From: an uncultured Acidibacter sp.
GTDB lineage: Bacteria > Pseudomonadota > Gammaproteobacteria > Steroidobacterales > Steroidobacteraceae
Direction: 5' to 3'
DNA: 24,000 nt
NCBI GenBank assembly: GCA_964584625.1
Contig: CAZPAJ010000004.1
Coordinates: 17,308-41,307, forward strand
Below the pieces are notes generated by a model. It had not been told where the DNA came from and did not search any database. It saw nothing but the letters and a program-made list of their open reading frames with translations. Each line of letters begins with the position of its first letter. The stretch's first letter is position 1. Positions 7,718-15,817 of the stretch are shown piece by piece. The position numbers were made by a program, and so were the translations under genes.

Positions 7718-8072
7718 GAAGATGCTTCGCCCTCCTGTCATCGTGCTGGCGCTGGTGATACTGGCCATTCCGCCTGCCCGGGCGCAGGACGCCGCGCCCG
7801 CCGCCCCGCCGACTCCGACTGCCCCCGCCGCGTCGGCGGCCCCGGTCGCCACCCCGTTCAGGGTGCCGCCCGGCTGGCGCGTCAAGACGCTGCGCGGCGA
7901 CGAGCCGCGGTATTGCCGCAAGGATGTCCGGCTGGGGTCGCGTTTTGCAAAAGAAGAATGCCTCACCCGCGAACAGCTCGAACTGCAGCTGCAGGTCGAT
8001 GCGGAGAACGCCGCGCGAGTGTCGCAGGGCGCGCGCCTCTGTTCCAGCGCGCCCGGCTGCGTCAACAACTAG
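7716..8072 (+). CDS. Small secreted/periplasmic protein of unknown function (118 aa, 4 Cys)
   Basis: It has a Sec signal peptide (MKMLRPPVIVLALVILAIPPARA/QD), a Pro/Ala-rich linker and a conserved-looking C-terminal part (PPGWRVKTLRGDEPRYCRKDVRLGSRFAKEECLTREQLE...CSSAPGC). Its stop lies 12 nt before the RND adaptor gene. Third-position GC is lower than in neighbouring genes. No family recognised. Confidence 0.55.
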   Translation: MKMLRPPVIVLALVILAIPPARAQDAAPAAPPTPTAPAASAAPVATPFRVPPGWRVKTLRGDEPRYCRKDVRLGSRFAKEECLTREQLELQLQVDAENAARVSQGARLCSSAPGCVNN

Positions 8073-8084
8073 GGGAGTCGCTCC

Positions 8085-9350
8085 ATGATCTCATTCGAAC
8101 GCGAAGGGCGTGTCGCCCGCATTCGCGTCACCGCGTTCTGGCCCGTGCTTCTCGGCCTGGGCCTCGTGGCCTGCAGCGGCGGGAAGCCGACGGGCATGCC
8201 GGCGGCCGAGGCGCCGCCGCCCGCAGTCGACGTGGCGATCGCGGTGCAGCGCAACCTGGCCCGCACCGAGCAGTTCGTCGGTGAGGTCCGTGGGCGCCAG
8301 GACGTGGAGATCCGCGCACGCGTGCAGGGCTACCTCGAGGGTATCCACTTCCAGCCCGGGGCCGACGTGAAGGCGGGGCAGCTGCTGTTCACCATCGATC
8401 CGAAACCCTTTCAGGCTGCTCTCGCGCAGGCCAAGGCCGGTCTCACGCAGGCGCAGGTCGAGGCGACGCGTGCGAAGAACGACGCCGAGCGCTACACCGA
8501 CCTCGCCGCCAAGGGCCTGGTGCCGCGCAAGCAGGGCGACGACGCCCGTGCGCAGGCGGAGGTCGCCGCCGCCAACGTCACGGCGGCCCGGGCGGTCGTC
8601 AAGGCGAAGGAGGTCGACCTCGGTTACACACGTGTCAGTGCGCCGATCGCCGGGCGGGCCGGGCTCGTGGCGCCTGCCGTGGGTGATCTCGTCGGTGCGC
8701 CCGGCTCTGCGCCGATGACCACGGTCTCGGACCTGACGTCGGTCCGCGTGCGCTTCCAGATCGCCGAGACGGACTATCTGCGGCTGTTCAAGGAGCGCAG
8801 CGACGAGGCCGGTGCCGGCGCGGGCGCGGTGGCCGAGGGCGCTGAGGCGGCTCGCGCGCGCACCGAGGCCGCGGACTTGCGCCTCGCGCTGGCCGACGGT
8901 TCGCTGTACCCCTTGCCCGGCCGGGTCGTGACGATCGACCGAAGCATCGACGCAGCAACGGGCTCGCTGGCGATCGAGGCCGAGTTCCCCAACCCGCAGG
9001 GGATGCTGCGGCCCGGGCAGTTCGCGCGGATCCAGGGCGAGACCGGGGTCGTGCAGAACGCCGTGCTGATCCCCCTGAAGGCCGTCACCACGGTGCAGGG
9101 TGCGTCCTCGGTCTACGTGCTCGGTGAAGGCGACGTGGTCCAGTCGCGGCGTGTCGAGGGCCAGGATGCGGGCAACGGCCTGTGGCAGGTCGCCTCGGGG
9201 CTCGCCGCGGGTGAGCGGGTCGTCGTCGAGGGGCAACTCAAGGTGCGCGACGGCGTGCGCGTCGCGGCGCGCGAGGTGCCGCTCGACGAGGGGCAGCCGG
9301 AGATGCCCCCCGCGGCGGGGGCGGCCCCCGCGCCGTCGCCGCAGGGCTGA
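8085..9350 (+). CDS. RND efflux periplasmic adaptor (membrane fusion protein), lipoprotein
   Basis: It has a lipobox (LGLVAC), a biotinyl-lipoyl/hairpin region (VQGYLEGIHFQPGADVKAGQLLFTIDPKPFQAAL...YTRVSAPIAGRAG) and a beta-barrel C-terminal part. GGGGAG lies upstream of ATG 8085. Confidence 0.9.
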   Translation: MISFEREGRVARIRVTAFWPVLLGLGLVACSGGKPTGMPAAEAPPPAVDVAIAVQRNLARTEQFVGEVRGRQDVEIRARVQGYLEGIHFQPGADVKAGQLLFTIDPKPFQAALAQAKAGLTQAQVEATRAKNDAERYTDLAAKGLVPRKQGDDARAQAEVAAANVTAARAVVKAKEVDLGYTRVSAPIAGRAGLVAPAVGDLVGAPGSAPMTTVSDLTSVRVRFQIAETDYLRLFKERSDEAGAGAGAVAEGAEAARARTEAADLRLALADGSLYPLPGRVVTIDRSIDAATGSLAIEAEFPNPQGMLRPGQFARIQGETGVVQNAVLIPLKAVTTVQGASSVYVLGEGDVVQSRRVEGQDAGNGLWQVASGLAAGERVVVEGQLKVRDGVRVAAREVPLDEGQPEMPPAAGAAPAPSPQG

Positions 9351-9353
9351 GTC

Positions 9354-12300
9354 ATGGCCGATCTCTTCATCCGCCGGCCGACGCTGGCGATGGTGCTGTC
9401 GATCCTGCTCGTGATGGGCGGATTGCTGGCGCTGCGCGGTCTGGCGATCGAGGAGTACCCGAACGTCACTCCACCGCAGATCCAGGTGCAGGCGATCTAT
9501 CCGGGCGCCAGCGCGGAGGTGGTCGAGGAGACGGTAGCCGTTCCGCTCGAGCAGGCGATCAACGGCGTCGAGAACATGCTCTACATGCAGTCGAAGGCGT
9601 CCAACGACGGCCGCCTGTCGATCTCGGTCTACTTCGAGACCGGCACCGACCTCGACGCCGTCAACACGCTTGTGCAGAACCGCGTCTCGCAGGCCGAGAG
9701 CCGGCTGCCGGAGGAGGTGATCCGCCAGGGCGTCTCGGTCAAGAAGGCGCAGTCCAACATCCTGATGCTGGTCACCGTGTTCTCGCCCGACGCGCGCTAC
9801 GACCAGACCTTCCTCGCGAACTACGCGAGCCTCAACGTCCGCGACGCGCTGCTGCGCGTGCCGGGCGTGGGTCAGGTGGACCTGCTCGGCGCCAACGACT
9901 ATTCCATGCGCGTCTGGCTGGATCCGGACCGGCTCGCGCAGCGCAGGCTCACGGTGTCGGACGTGACCCGTGCGATCCGCGAGCAGAACATCCTGATCCC
10001 GGCCGGCCAGGTCGGCGCGCCGCCGCAGGCCGCCGGCGTGCAGTACCAGTATTCCGTGCGTGCGCCGGGCCGTTTCTCCGACCCGAAGCAGTTCGAGGAC
10101 ATCATCGTCCGTGAGGATGCGAGCGGCGGCGCGGTAAGGGTGCGCGACGTGGGCCGCGTCGAGCTCGGCTCGCAGTTCTACAACATGATCACGCGCCTCG
10201 ACGGTGGGCCAACGGGCGTGCTCGCGGTCTACCAGACGCCGGGTGGCGATGCGCTCGCCGCTGCGCGCGGCGTGACGGCGCGCCTCGAGGAACTCAAGCG
10301 CAGCTTCCCCGATGGCATCGACTACGCGATCGCCTACGACACCACCCCGCCGATCACGGCATCGATCGAGGAGATCCTGCACACGCTCGTCGAGGCGGTG
10401 GTGCTGGTCGTGCTGGTCGTGTTCCTGTTCCTGCAGAACTGGCGCGCCACGCTGATCCCGCTGCTGACGGTGCCGGTGTCGCTGGTCGGCACCTTCATGT
10501 TCTTTCCTGCGCTTGGCTTCTCCGTCAACGTGCTGACCATGTTCGGCCTGGTGCTGGCGATCGGCATCGTGGTCGACGACGCGATCGTGGTCGTCGAGGC
10601 GGTGATGCACCACATGGAGCAGGGCATGGATCGGGTCGCCGCGACCCGGAAGGCGATGCAGGAAGTCTCCGGCCCGGTGGTCGCGATCGCGCTGATCCTC
10701 TGCGCCGTGTTCGTGCCGGTGGCATTCATGGGCGGCCTTACGGGCGAGCTCTACCAGCAGTTCGCGCTGACGATCGCCATCGCCGTGCTGATCTCGGCGT
10801 TCAACGCGCTGACCCTCTCGCCCGCCCTGGCCGCGCTGCTGTTGCGTCCGCCCGGCGAGGCCCGCGGCCCGCTGGGGTGGATCTTCGGTGCGTTCAACCG
10901 CGGCTTCGGCCGGATGACCCGCGGCTACGCCGGTGGCGTGCGGCTGTTCGTGCGGCGCGGCGTCCTGTCGCTGGTGGTGATCGCCTGCGCCGCGGGCGGC
11001 GCGGGCTGGCTGTTCCGCTCCCTGCCGGGTGCCTTCCTGCCCGGGGAAGACAAGGGCGTGCTGGTCGTCAACGTGCAGTTGCCCGACGCGGCTTCGCTGG
11101 AGCGCACCGACGCGGTCATGAAGCGCATCGAAGCGCTGCTGCAGACCGAGCCGACGGTGCGCCACTACACCGCGATCGGCGGCTACAGCGCGCTGACCGG
11201 GGCGGCGGCGTCCAATACGGGTGCGGTGTTCGTCAGCCTGAAGCCCTGGGAGGAGCGGACCGAGCGCGAGGCGGGCCTGCGTGCCATCCTCGGTCGGCTC
11301 AACGCGCAGCTCGCTGCGATCCCCGAGGCGCGGGCGTTCGCGTTTGGCCTGCCGCCGATACCTGGCCTCGGCGTGGCCTCCGGCTTCTCGCTGCAGATCC
11401 AGGACCGCGGCGGCGGCAGCCCCGCGCGCCTCGCCGAGCAGACGCAGGCGTTCCTGCTCGCCGCTTCGCAGCGCCCCGAACTCGCCGGCCTGTTCACCGG
11501 CTACTCGGCCCGCGTGCCGCAGGTCAGCGTCGACGTCGATCGTGAGCAGGTGCGCAAGCTCGGCGTCCCCATAGATTCGGTGTTCACCACGCTGGCCTCC
11601 TCGCTCGGCGGCGCCTACGTCAATGATTTCGCGCTGTTCGGCCGCACCTACAAGGTCTACGTGCAGGCGGATGCCCCGTTCCGGCGCGAGCCCGGCGACA
11701 TCGGGCGCTTCTTCGTGCGCAGCGAGGGTGGCCAGATGGTGCCGATGTCGACGCTGCTGCGGGTGGGCAGGACCCAGGGGCCCGAGTACGTCACGCGCTT
11801 CAACCTCTATCGGGCGGCGGAGATCACCGGCCAGCCCGCGCCGGGATACAGCTCGAGCCAGGCGCTTGCCGCGCTGGAAGAGGTCGCCGCCGAGGTGCTG
11901 CCTCGCGACATGGCCTACGAGTGGTCCGGGGAGTCCTTCCAGCAGAAGCGCACTGAAGGACAGGCGGCGGTCGTGTTCGCGCTGGCCATCGTGTTCGTGT
12001 TCCTGCTGCTCGCCGCCACCTACGAGAGCTGGTCGTTGCCGTTCGCCGTGCTGCTCGGCACGCCGTTCGCGCTGCTCGGCGCGCTGCTCGGTACCTGGGC
12101 GCTCGGGCTGACCAACAACGTCTACACCCAGGTCGGCATCGTGCTGCTGATCGGGCTCGCGGCGAAGAACGCGATCCTGATCGTCGAGTTCGCGAAGATG
12201 AAGTTCGAGGAGGGCATGCCGGCCGCCGAGGCGGCGCTCGAGGCGGCCCGGCTGCGCTTTCGGCCGATCCTGATGACCTCCTTCGCCTTCATCCTCGGCT

Positions 12301-12467
12301 GCGTGCCGCTGGTGCTGGCGTCGGGCTCGGGCGCGGCGTCGCGCGTTGCGCTCGGCACGGCGGTGGTGGCCGGCATGAGCGTGGCCACGTTGCTCGGCGT
12401 CTTCCTCGTACCGTTCCTGTTCTCTATGGTGCAGCGGGTTGCCGGGGCGCGCCCTGGGCAAGGGTAG
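9354..12467 (+). CDS. RND multidrug/hydrophobe efflux permease, AcrB/MexB (HAE1) family
   Basis: 1037 aa with the typical N-terminus FIRRPTLAMVLSILLVMGG, two large periplasmic loops and a 12-TM layout. It starts 3 nt after the adaptor stop. No outer-membrane factor gene follows. Confidence 0.92.
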   Translation: MADLFIRRPTLAMVLSILLVMGGLLALRGLAIEEYPNVTPPQIQVQAIYPGASAEVVEETVAVPLEQAINGVENMLYMQSKASNDGRLSISVYFETGTDLDAVNTLVQNRVSQAESRLPEEVIRQGVSVKKAQSNILMLVTVFSPDARYDQTFLANYASLNVRDALLRVPGVGQVDLLGANDYSMRVWLDPDRLAQRRLTVSDVTRAIREQNILIPAGQVGAPPQAAGVQYQYSVRAPGRFSDPKQFEDIIVREDASGGAVRVRDVGRVELGSQFYNMITRLDGGPTGVLAVYQTPGGDALAAARGVTARLEELKRSFPDGIDYAIAYDTTPPITASIEEILHTLVEAVVLVVLVVFLFLQNWRATLIPLLTVPVSLVGTFMFFPALGFSVNVLTMFGLVLAIGIVVDDAIVVVEAVMHHMEQGMDRVAATRKAMQEVSGPVVAIALILCAVFVPVAFMGGLTGELYQQFALTIAIAVLISAFNALTLSPALAALLLRPPGEARGPLGWIFGAFNRGFGRMTRGYAGGVRLFVRRGVLSLVVIACAAGGAGWLFRSLPGAFLPGEDKGVLVVNVQLPDAASLERTDAVMKRIEALLQTEPTVRHYTAIGGYSALTGAAASNTGAVFVSLKPWEERTEREAGLRAILGRLNAQLAAIPEARAFAFGLPPIPGLGVASGFSLQIQDRGGGSPARLAEQTQAFLLAASQRPELAGLFTGYSARVPQVSVDVDREQVRKLGVPIDSVFTTLASSLGGAYVNDFALFGRTYKVYVQADAPFRREPGDIGRFFVRSEGGQMVPMSTLLRVGRTQGPEYVTRFNLYRAAEITGQPAPGYSSSQALAALEEVAAEVLPRDMAYEWSGESFQQKRTEGQAAVVFALAIVFVFLLLAATYESWSLPFAVLLGTPFALLGALLGTWALGLTNNVYTQVGIVLLIGLAAKNAILIVEFAKMKFEEGMPAAEAALEAARLRFRPILMTSFAFILGCVPLVLASGSGAASRVALGTAVVAGMSVATLLGVFLVPFLFSMVQRVAGARPGQG

Positions 12468-12506
12468 CCGGGGCCGGAACAGCCGGGTGTCCGGGCGGAC
12501 CTGGGT

Positions 12507-13325
12507 TCAGGCGGCGAGGAAGGCGTAGAGCGTCGTTGCCCCCAGGGCCAGCGAGGCCAGGATTCCGTAGACCAGCAGGATGGTGCCGAACTTGGCGAGC
12601 GTGCGGGCCCTGCCCTGGCCGTAGTAGACCCGCATCGAGCGGTAGAAGTACCAGCCGAGATAGAGGGCGACGGCCACCGACACCACCTGTCCCGCGCCTC
12701 CCGGCAGCACGGTGGACGCGCCGAGTTGCACGCCGATGGCGATGAACGCGGCGGTGTGGTTGTGCACGAACAGCAGCAGGTGCTCGACGTAGCGTCGGCG
12801 TGGCCGCCAGTAGAGCAGCAGCATCAGCGCGGCCATCAGCGGGAGCAGCACGAACAGGGCGCGCGGCAGCGTCGCCCAGATGCGGCTCTCTAGACTCTTG
12901 CCTCCATCCGCATCGGTCCTTTCACAGGCGGCCTTCAGTCGCGGCTCCAGCCACGCGCCGAACTCCCCGCCGACCTCGAACTGGATCGAGTCGCAGGCGG
13001 ACGCGCCCTTGCCTTCGATCTCCACGGGCGCGCTGGACGGCAGCAGCGAGGCAAAGAGGAAGAACAGGACGCTGACCACGAGATAGAGCCGGAACGGCGG
13101 CAGCTGGCTGCCGCGGCGCCCCGAAAAGAAATCAACCGTCAGCTGGCCTGGCCGGAGCAGCAGCGCCGCCACCGTTCGCCAGAGCCGCGAGTCGGCGTGG
13201 GTCAGCGTCTCGGCGGCCTCGGCCACGAAGTGGCCGAGCGAGTGCACGTGCGGGTCGTGGCGCTGGCCGCAGGCCGCGCAGTAGGGGCCGCGCAGCGCGG
13301 CGCCGCAGTTCTGGCAGGGCGTCAC
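12507..13325 (-). CDS. DUF3667-type membrane protein with N-terminal zinc ribbon
   Basis: The N-terminus is CQNCGAALRGPYCAACGQ, followed by LLLRPGQLTVDFFSGRRGSQLPPFRLYLVVS and several TM helices. This pattern is characteristic of DUF3667. The GTG start at 13325 overlaps the fadE stop (GTGA). Confidence 0.7.
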   Translation of the reverse strand: MTPCQNCGAALRGPYCAACGQRHDPHVHSLGHFVAEAAETLTHADSRLWRTVAALLLRPGQLTVDFFSGRRGSQLPPFRLYLVVSVLFFLFASLLPSSAPVEIEGKGASACDSIQFEVGGEFGAWLEPRLKAACERTDADGGKSLESRIWATLPRALFVLLPLMAALMLLLYWRPRRRYVEHLLLFVHNHTAAFIAIGVQLGASTVLPGGAGQVVSVAVALYLGWYFYRSMRVYYGQGRARTLAKFGTILLVYGILASLALGATTLYAFLAA

Positions 13326-15817
13326 GCCGGGTTCGTGCCGAGTTCGTGCGGCGCGAAGTCGTCGACGTGGATCAGTTCCATGACCTTGGCGTCATAGTCG
13401 CGCAGCAGCGCGGCTTCCTCGGCGGTGATGAGGCCGGCTGCGAGCGACTGCGTGATCTGCCCGGGCGGATCTAGCGCGGTCACCCGGCCGGTCTTGACGC
13501 CCTCGACGCGGATGCGTTTCTCAAGCGGTTCCGCACGCTCGCAGAGCTCGAGGGCCTGCTGCAGCAGGCCGAGCGCATTGCCCGGTTCCACGGCCCGGTA
13601 GACCGGGTAGCAGAGCCGGTCACGCGCTTCGTTCGCCGCGAGCACCAGCCCGGCGAGCTTGCGGCCGAGCCGGTCGCCCGGTGCGGAGTACTGCAGGCCG
13701 GCCGGGAAGATGAAGAAGCGCAGCAGCCCCGAGATGAAGGCGTTCGGGAAATTCCGCAGGAAGCCGTGCAGCTGTTCCTGGGCCGTGTAGAGCAGGTGAC
13801 GGCAGGCCCACTCGACCAGCGGCAGGTCCTCCTCGCGGCGACCCTGGTTCTCGTAGTGCTTCAGCACCATCGAGGCGAGGTACATGCAGGAGAGCACGTC
13901 GCCGAGGCGGGCCGAGAGGTTTTCCTTCTTCTTGAGGTAACCGCCGAGCGTCAGCATCGCCACGTCGACCGCGAACGCGAAGCTCGCCGAGAAACGCACC
14001 ACGTGCTGGTAGTAACGCGAGGCGGGGCCCACGTCCGGCACCTTCGTGAAGCGGGCGTTGGTCAGCGCCATCAGCAGCGAGCGCACGGCGTTGCTGATCG
14101 TGAAGCCGATGTGCGCGAACAGCGCGCGGTCGAACTCGTCGACGCCCTTCGCGCGGTCCGGATTGCGCGCGGCCTCCATTTCCTTGAGCACGAACGGATG
14201 GCAGCGCACCGCGCCCTGGCCGAAGATCATGAGGCTGCGGGTGAGGATGTTCGCGCCCTCGACGGTGATCGCGACGGGAACGACCTGGTAGCCGCGCGCG
14301 AGGTAGTTGCGGGGCCCGAGGCAGATGCCCTTGCCGCCCTGCACGTCCATCGCGTCGTTGGCGACGATGCGGCCCATCTCGGTGACGTGGTACTTCAGCA
14401 TGGCGGACGGCACCGAGGGCTTCTCGCCGCCGTCGATCGCGCCCGCCGTGACCGAGCGCGCCGCGTCCATGGTGTAGGTGAGCCCCACCATCCGCGCGAT
14501 CACGCTCTCGACGCCCTCGAACCGCCCGACGGGCATGTTGAACTGGCGACGGATGCGCGCGTAGGCGCCGGTGGCGAACACCGCGGCCTTGCTGCCGCCG
14601 GTGGCGCTCGACGGCAGCGAGATGCAGCGGCCCACCGAGAGCTGCTCGATCAGCATCCGCCAGCCCTGGCCCGCCATCTTCGGTCCGCCGATCAGGAAGT
14701 CGAGCGGGATGAAGACGTCCTGGCCCTGGATCGGCCCGTTCTGGAACGGCACGTTCAGCGGAAAGTGGCGGCGGCCGATCGTGATGCCCGGGGTGCCGCG
14801 CGGGATCAGCGCGCAGCTGATGCCGATGTCCGATTCGCCGCCGAGCAGGCGCTCCGGGTCGAACATCCGGAACGCGAGGCCGATGACGGTGGCAACCGGC
14901 GCGAGGGTGATGTAGCGCTTGGAGAAATTCAGGCGCAGGCCGAGGACCTCGCGGCCCTCCCAGTGGCCGCGGCAGACGATGCCCGTGTCAGGGATCGACG
15001 CGGCGTCCGAGCCTGCGCGCGGACCGGTCAGCGCGAAGCAGGGGACTTCGTCGCCGCGCGCGAGGCGGGGGAGGTAGTAGTCCTTCTGCTCCTCCGTGCC
15101 GTAGTGCTGCAGCAGCTCGGCCGGGCCGAGCGAATTCGGCACGGCGACCGTCGACGACAGCGTGGCGCTGCGCCCCGCGAGCTTGGCGAGCACGCAGGAG
15201 TGGGCATAGGCCGAGAATTCGAGGCCGCCGTACTTCTTCGCGATGATCATCGCGAAGAAGCCCTTGCGCTTGAGGAAATCCCAGACTTCGGGTGGCAGGT
15301 CGCCGCGGCGGTGGGTGACGTCGAAGTCGTCGACCATCCGGCACAGTTCCTCGCAGGGCCCGTCGAGGAAGGCCTGCTCCTCGGCCGTGAGCTGAGGCGC
15401 CTTCGCGCCGAGCAGCTTCGACCAGTCCGGCTTGCCGGTGAAGAGCTCGCCGTCCCACCAGACCGTGCCGGCCTCCAGGGCCTCGCGCTCGGTCTGTGAC
15501 ATCGCCGGCAGCAGCCTGCGGTAGGTTTTCATGAACGGCCGCGACACCAGCGCCTTGCGCAGCGGGCGCAGGTTGAACAGCGCCAGCACGGCGAAGGCCA
15601 CCCACAGCAGGCCCTTCCAGAGCCCGGCCGGTGCACCGACGAAGGTGTAGGCGACCAGCAGCACGAGGAAGGTGCCGGTGAAGGCCAGCAGGCTGAGACG
15701 CCAGTAGGCCAGGGCGAGCACGGCGGCCACGAACAGCAGCGCGATGACGCCGCTGGGCAGGGTCAGGGCCCAGCCGGCGAGCCCGAGCAGCGCCAGGGCG
15801 ACGAGGGTGCGGATCAT
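13322..15817 (-). CDS. fadE: Large membrane-anchored acyl-CoA dehydrogenase, FadE type
   Basis: 831 aa and collinear with E. coli FadE along its whole length: MSQTEREALEAGTVWWDGELFTGKPDW, FFAMIIAKKYGGLEFSAYA, YLPRLARGDEVPCFALTGPRAGSDA, GPKMAGQGWRMLIEQLSVGR and EGANILTRSLMIFGQGAVRCHP. Its ATG overlaps the creD stop (ATGA). Confidence 0.93.
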   Translation of the reverse strand: MIRTLVALALLGLAGWALTLPSGVIALLFVAAVLALAYWRLSLLAFTGTFLVLLVAYTFVGAPAGLWKGLLWVAFAVLALFNLRPLRKALVSRPFMKTYRRLLPAMSQTEREALEAGTVWWDGELFTGKPDWSKLLGAKAPQLTAEEQAFLDGPCEELCRMVDDFDVTHRRGDLPPEVWDFLKRKGFFAMIIAKKYGGLEFSAYAHSCVLAKLAGRSATLSSTVAVPNSLGPAELLQHYGTEEQKDYYLPRLARGDEVPCFALTGPRAGSDAASIPDTGIVCRGHWEGREVLGLRLNFSKRYITLAPVATVIGLAFRMFDPERLLGGESDIGISCALIPRGTPGITIGRRHFPLNVPFQNGPIQGQDVFIPLDFLIGGPKMAGQGWRMLIEQLSVGRCISLPSSATGGSKAAVFATGAYARIRRQFNMPVGRFEGVESVIARMVGLTYTMDAARSVTAGAIDGGEKPSVPSAMLKYHVTEMGRIVANDAMDVQGGKGICLGPRNYLARGYQVVPVAITVEGANILTRSLMIFGQGAVRCHPFVLKEMEAARNPDRAKGVDEFDRALFAHIGFTISNAVRSLLMALTNARFTKVPDVGPASRYYQHVVRFSASFAFAVDVAMLTLGGYLKKKENLSARLGDVLSCMYLASMVLKHYENQGRREEDLPLVEWACRHLLYTAQEQLHGFLRNFPNAFISGLLRFFIFPAGLQYSAPGDRLGRKLAGLVLAANEARDRLCYPVYRAVEPGNALGLLQQALELCERAEPLEKRIRVEGVKTGRVTALDPPGQITQSLAAGLITAEEAALLRDYDAKVMELIHVDDFAPHELGTNPA

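Noticed and set aside
7718-7800. Possible SOS (LexA) box upstream of dinB
   Set aside because: I found only a CTGT half-site (CTGTcatcgtgcTGGC). No CTGT-N8-ACAG or other LexA-type palindrome is present, so no SOS box is claimed.
7718-8068. N-terminal 117-aa extension of the dinB ORF, and the analogous extensions of the Dak2-DegV ORF to 2733 and the gspB ORF to 3638
   Set aside because: The extensions have junk-like composition and exceed the homologous N-termini. They also overlap better-supported genes: the signal-peptide protein, gspB and gspA respectively.
8091-12461. A 1456-aa uninterrupted ORF on the minus strand spanning the whole RND adaptor and pump genes
   Set aside because: It is antisense to two genes with unambiguous family signatures. 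Its translation is low-complexity and R/H/E/D/G/A-rich, with no recognisable domain. Long stop-free antisense frames are expected at about 70% GC with GC-rich third positions.
12468-12506. Possible bidirectional intrinsic terminator between the RND pump and DUF3667 genes
   Set aside because: The 39-nt spacer is rich in CCGGG/GCCGG, but I could not build a stem of 6 bp or more with a sensible loop, and there is no U-tract. Not supportable by eye.
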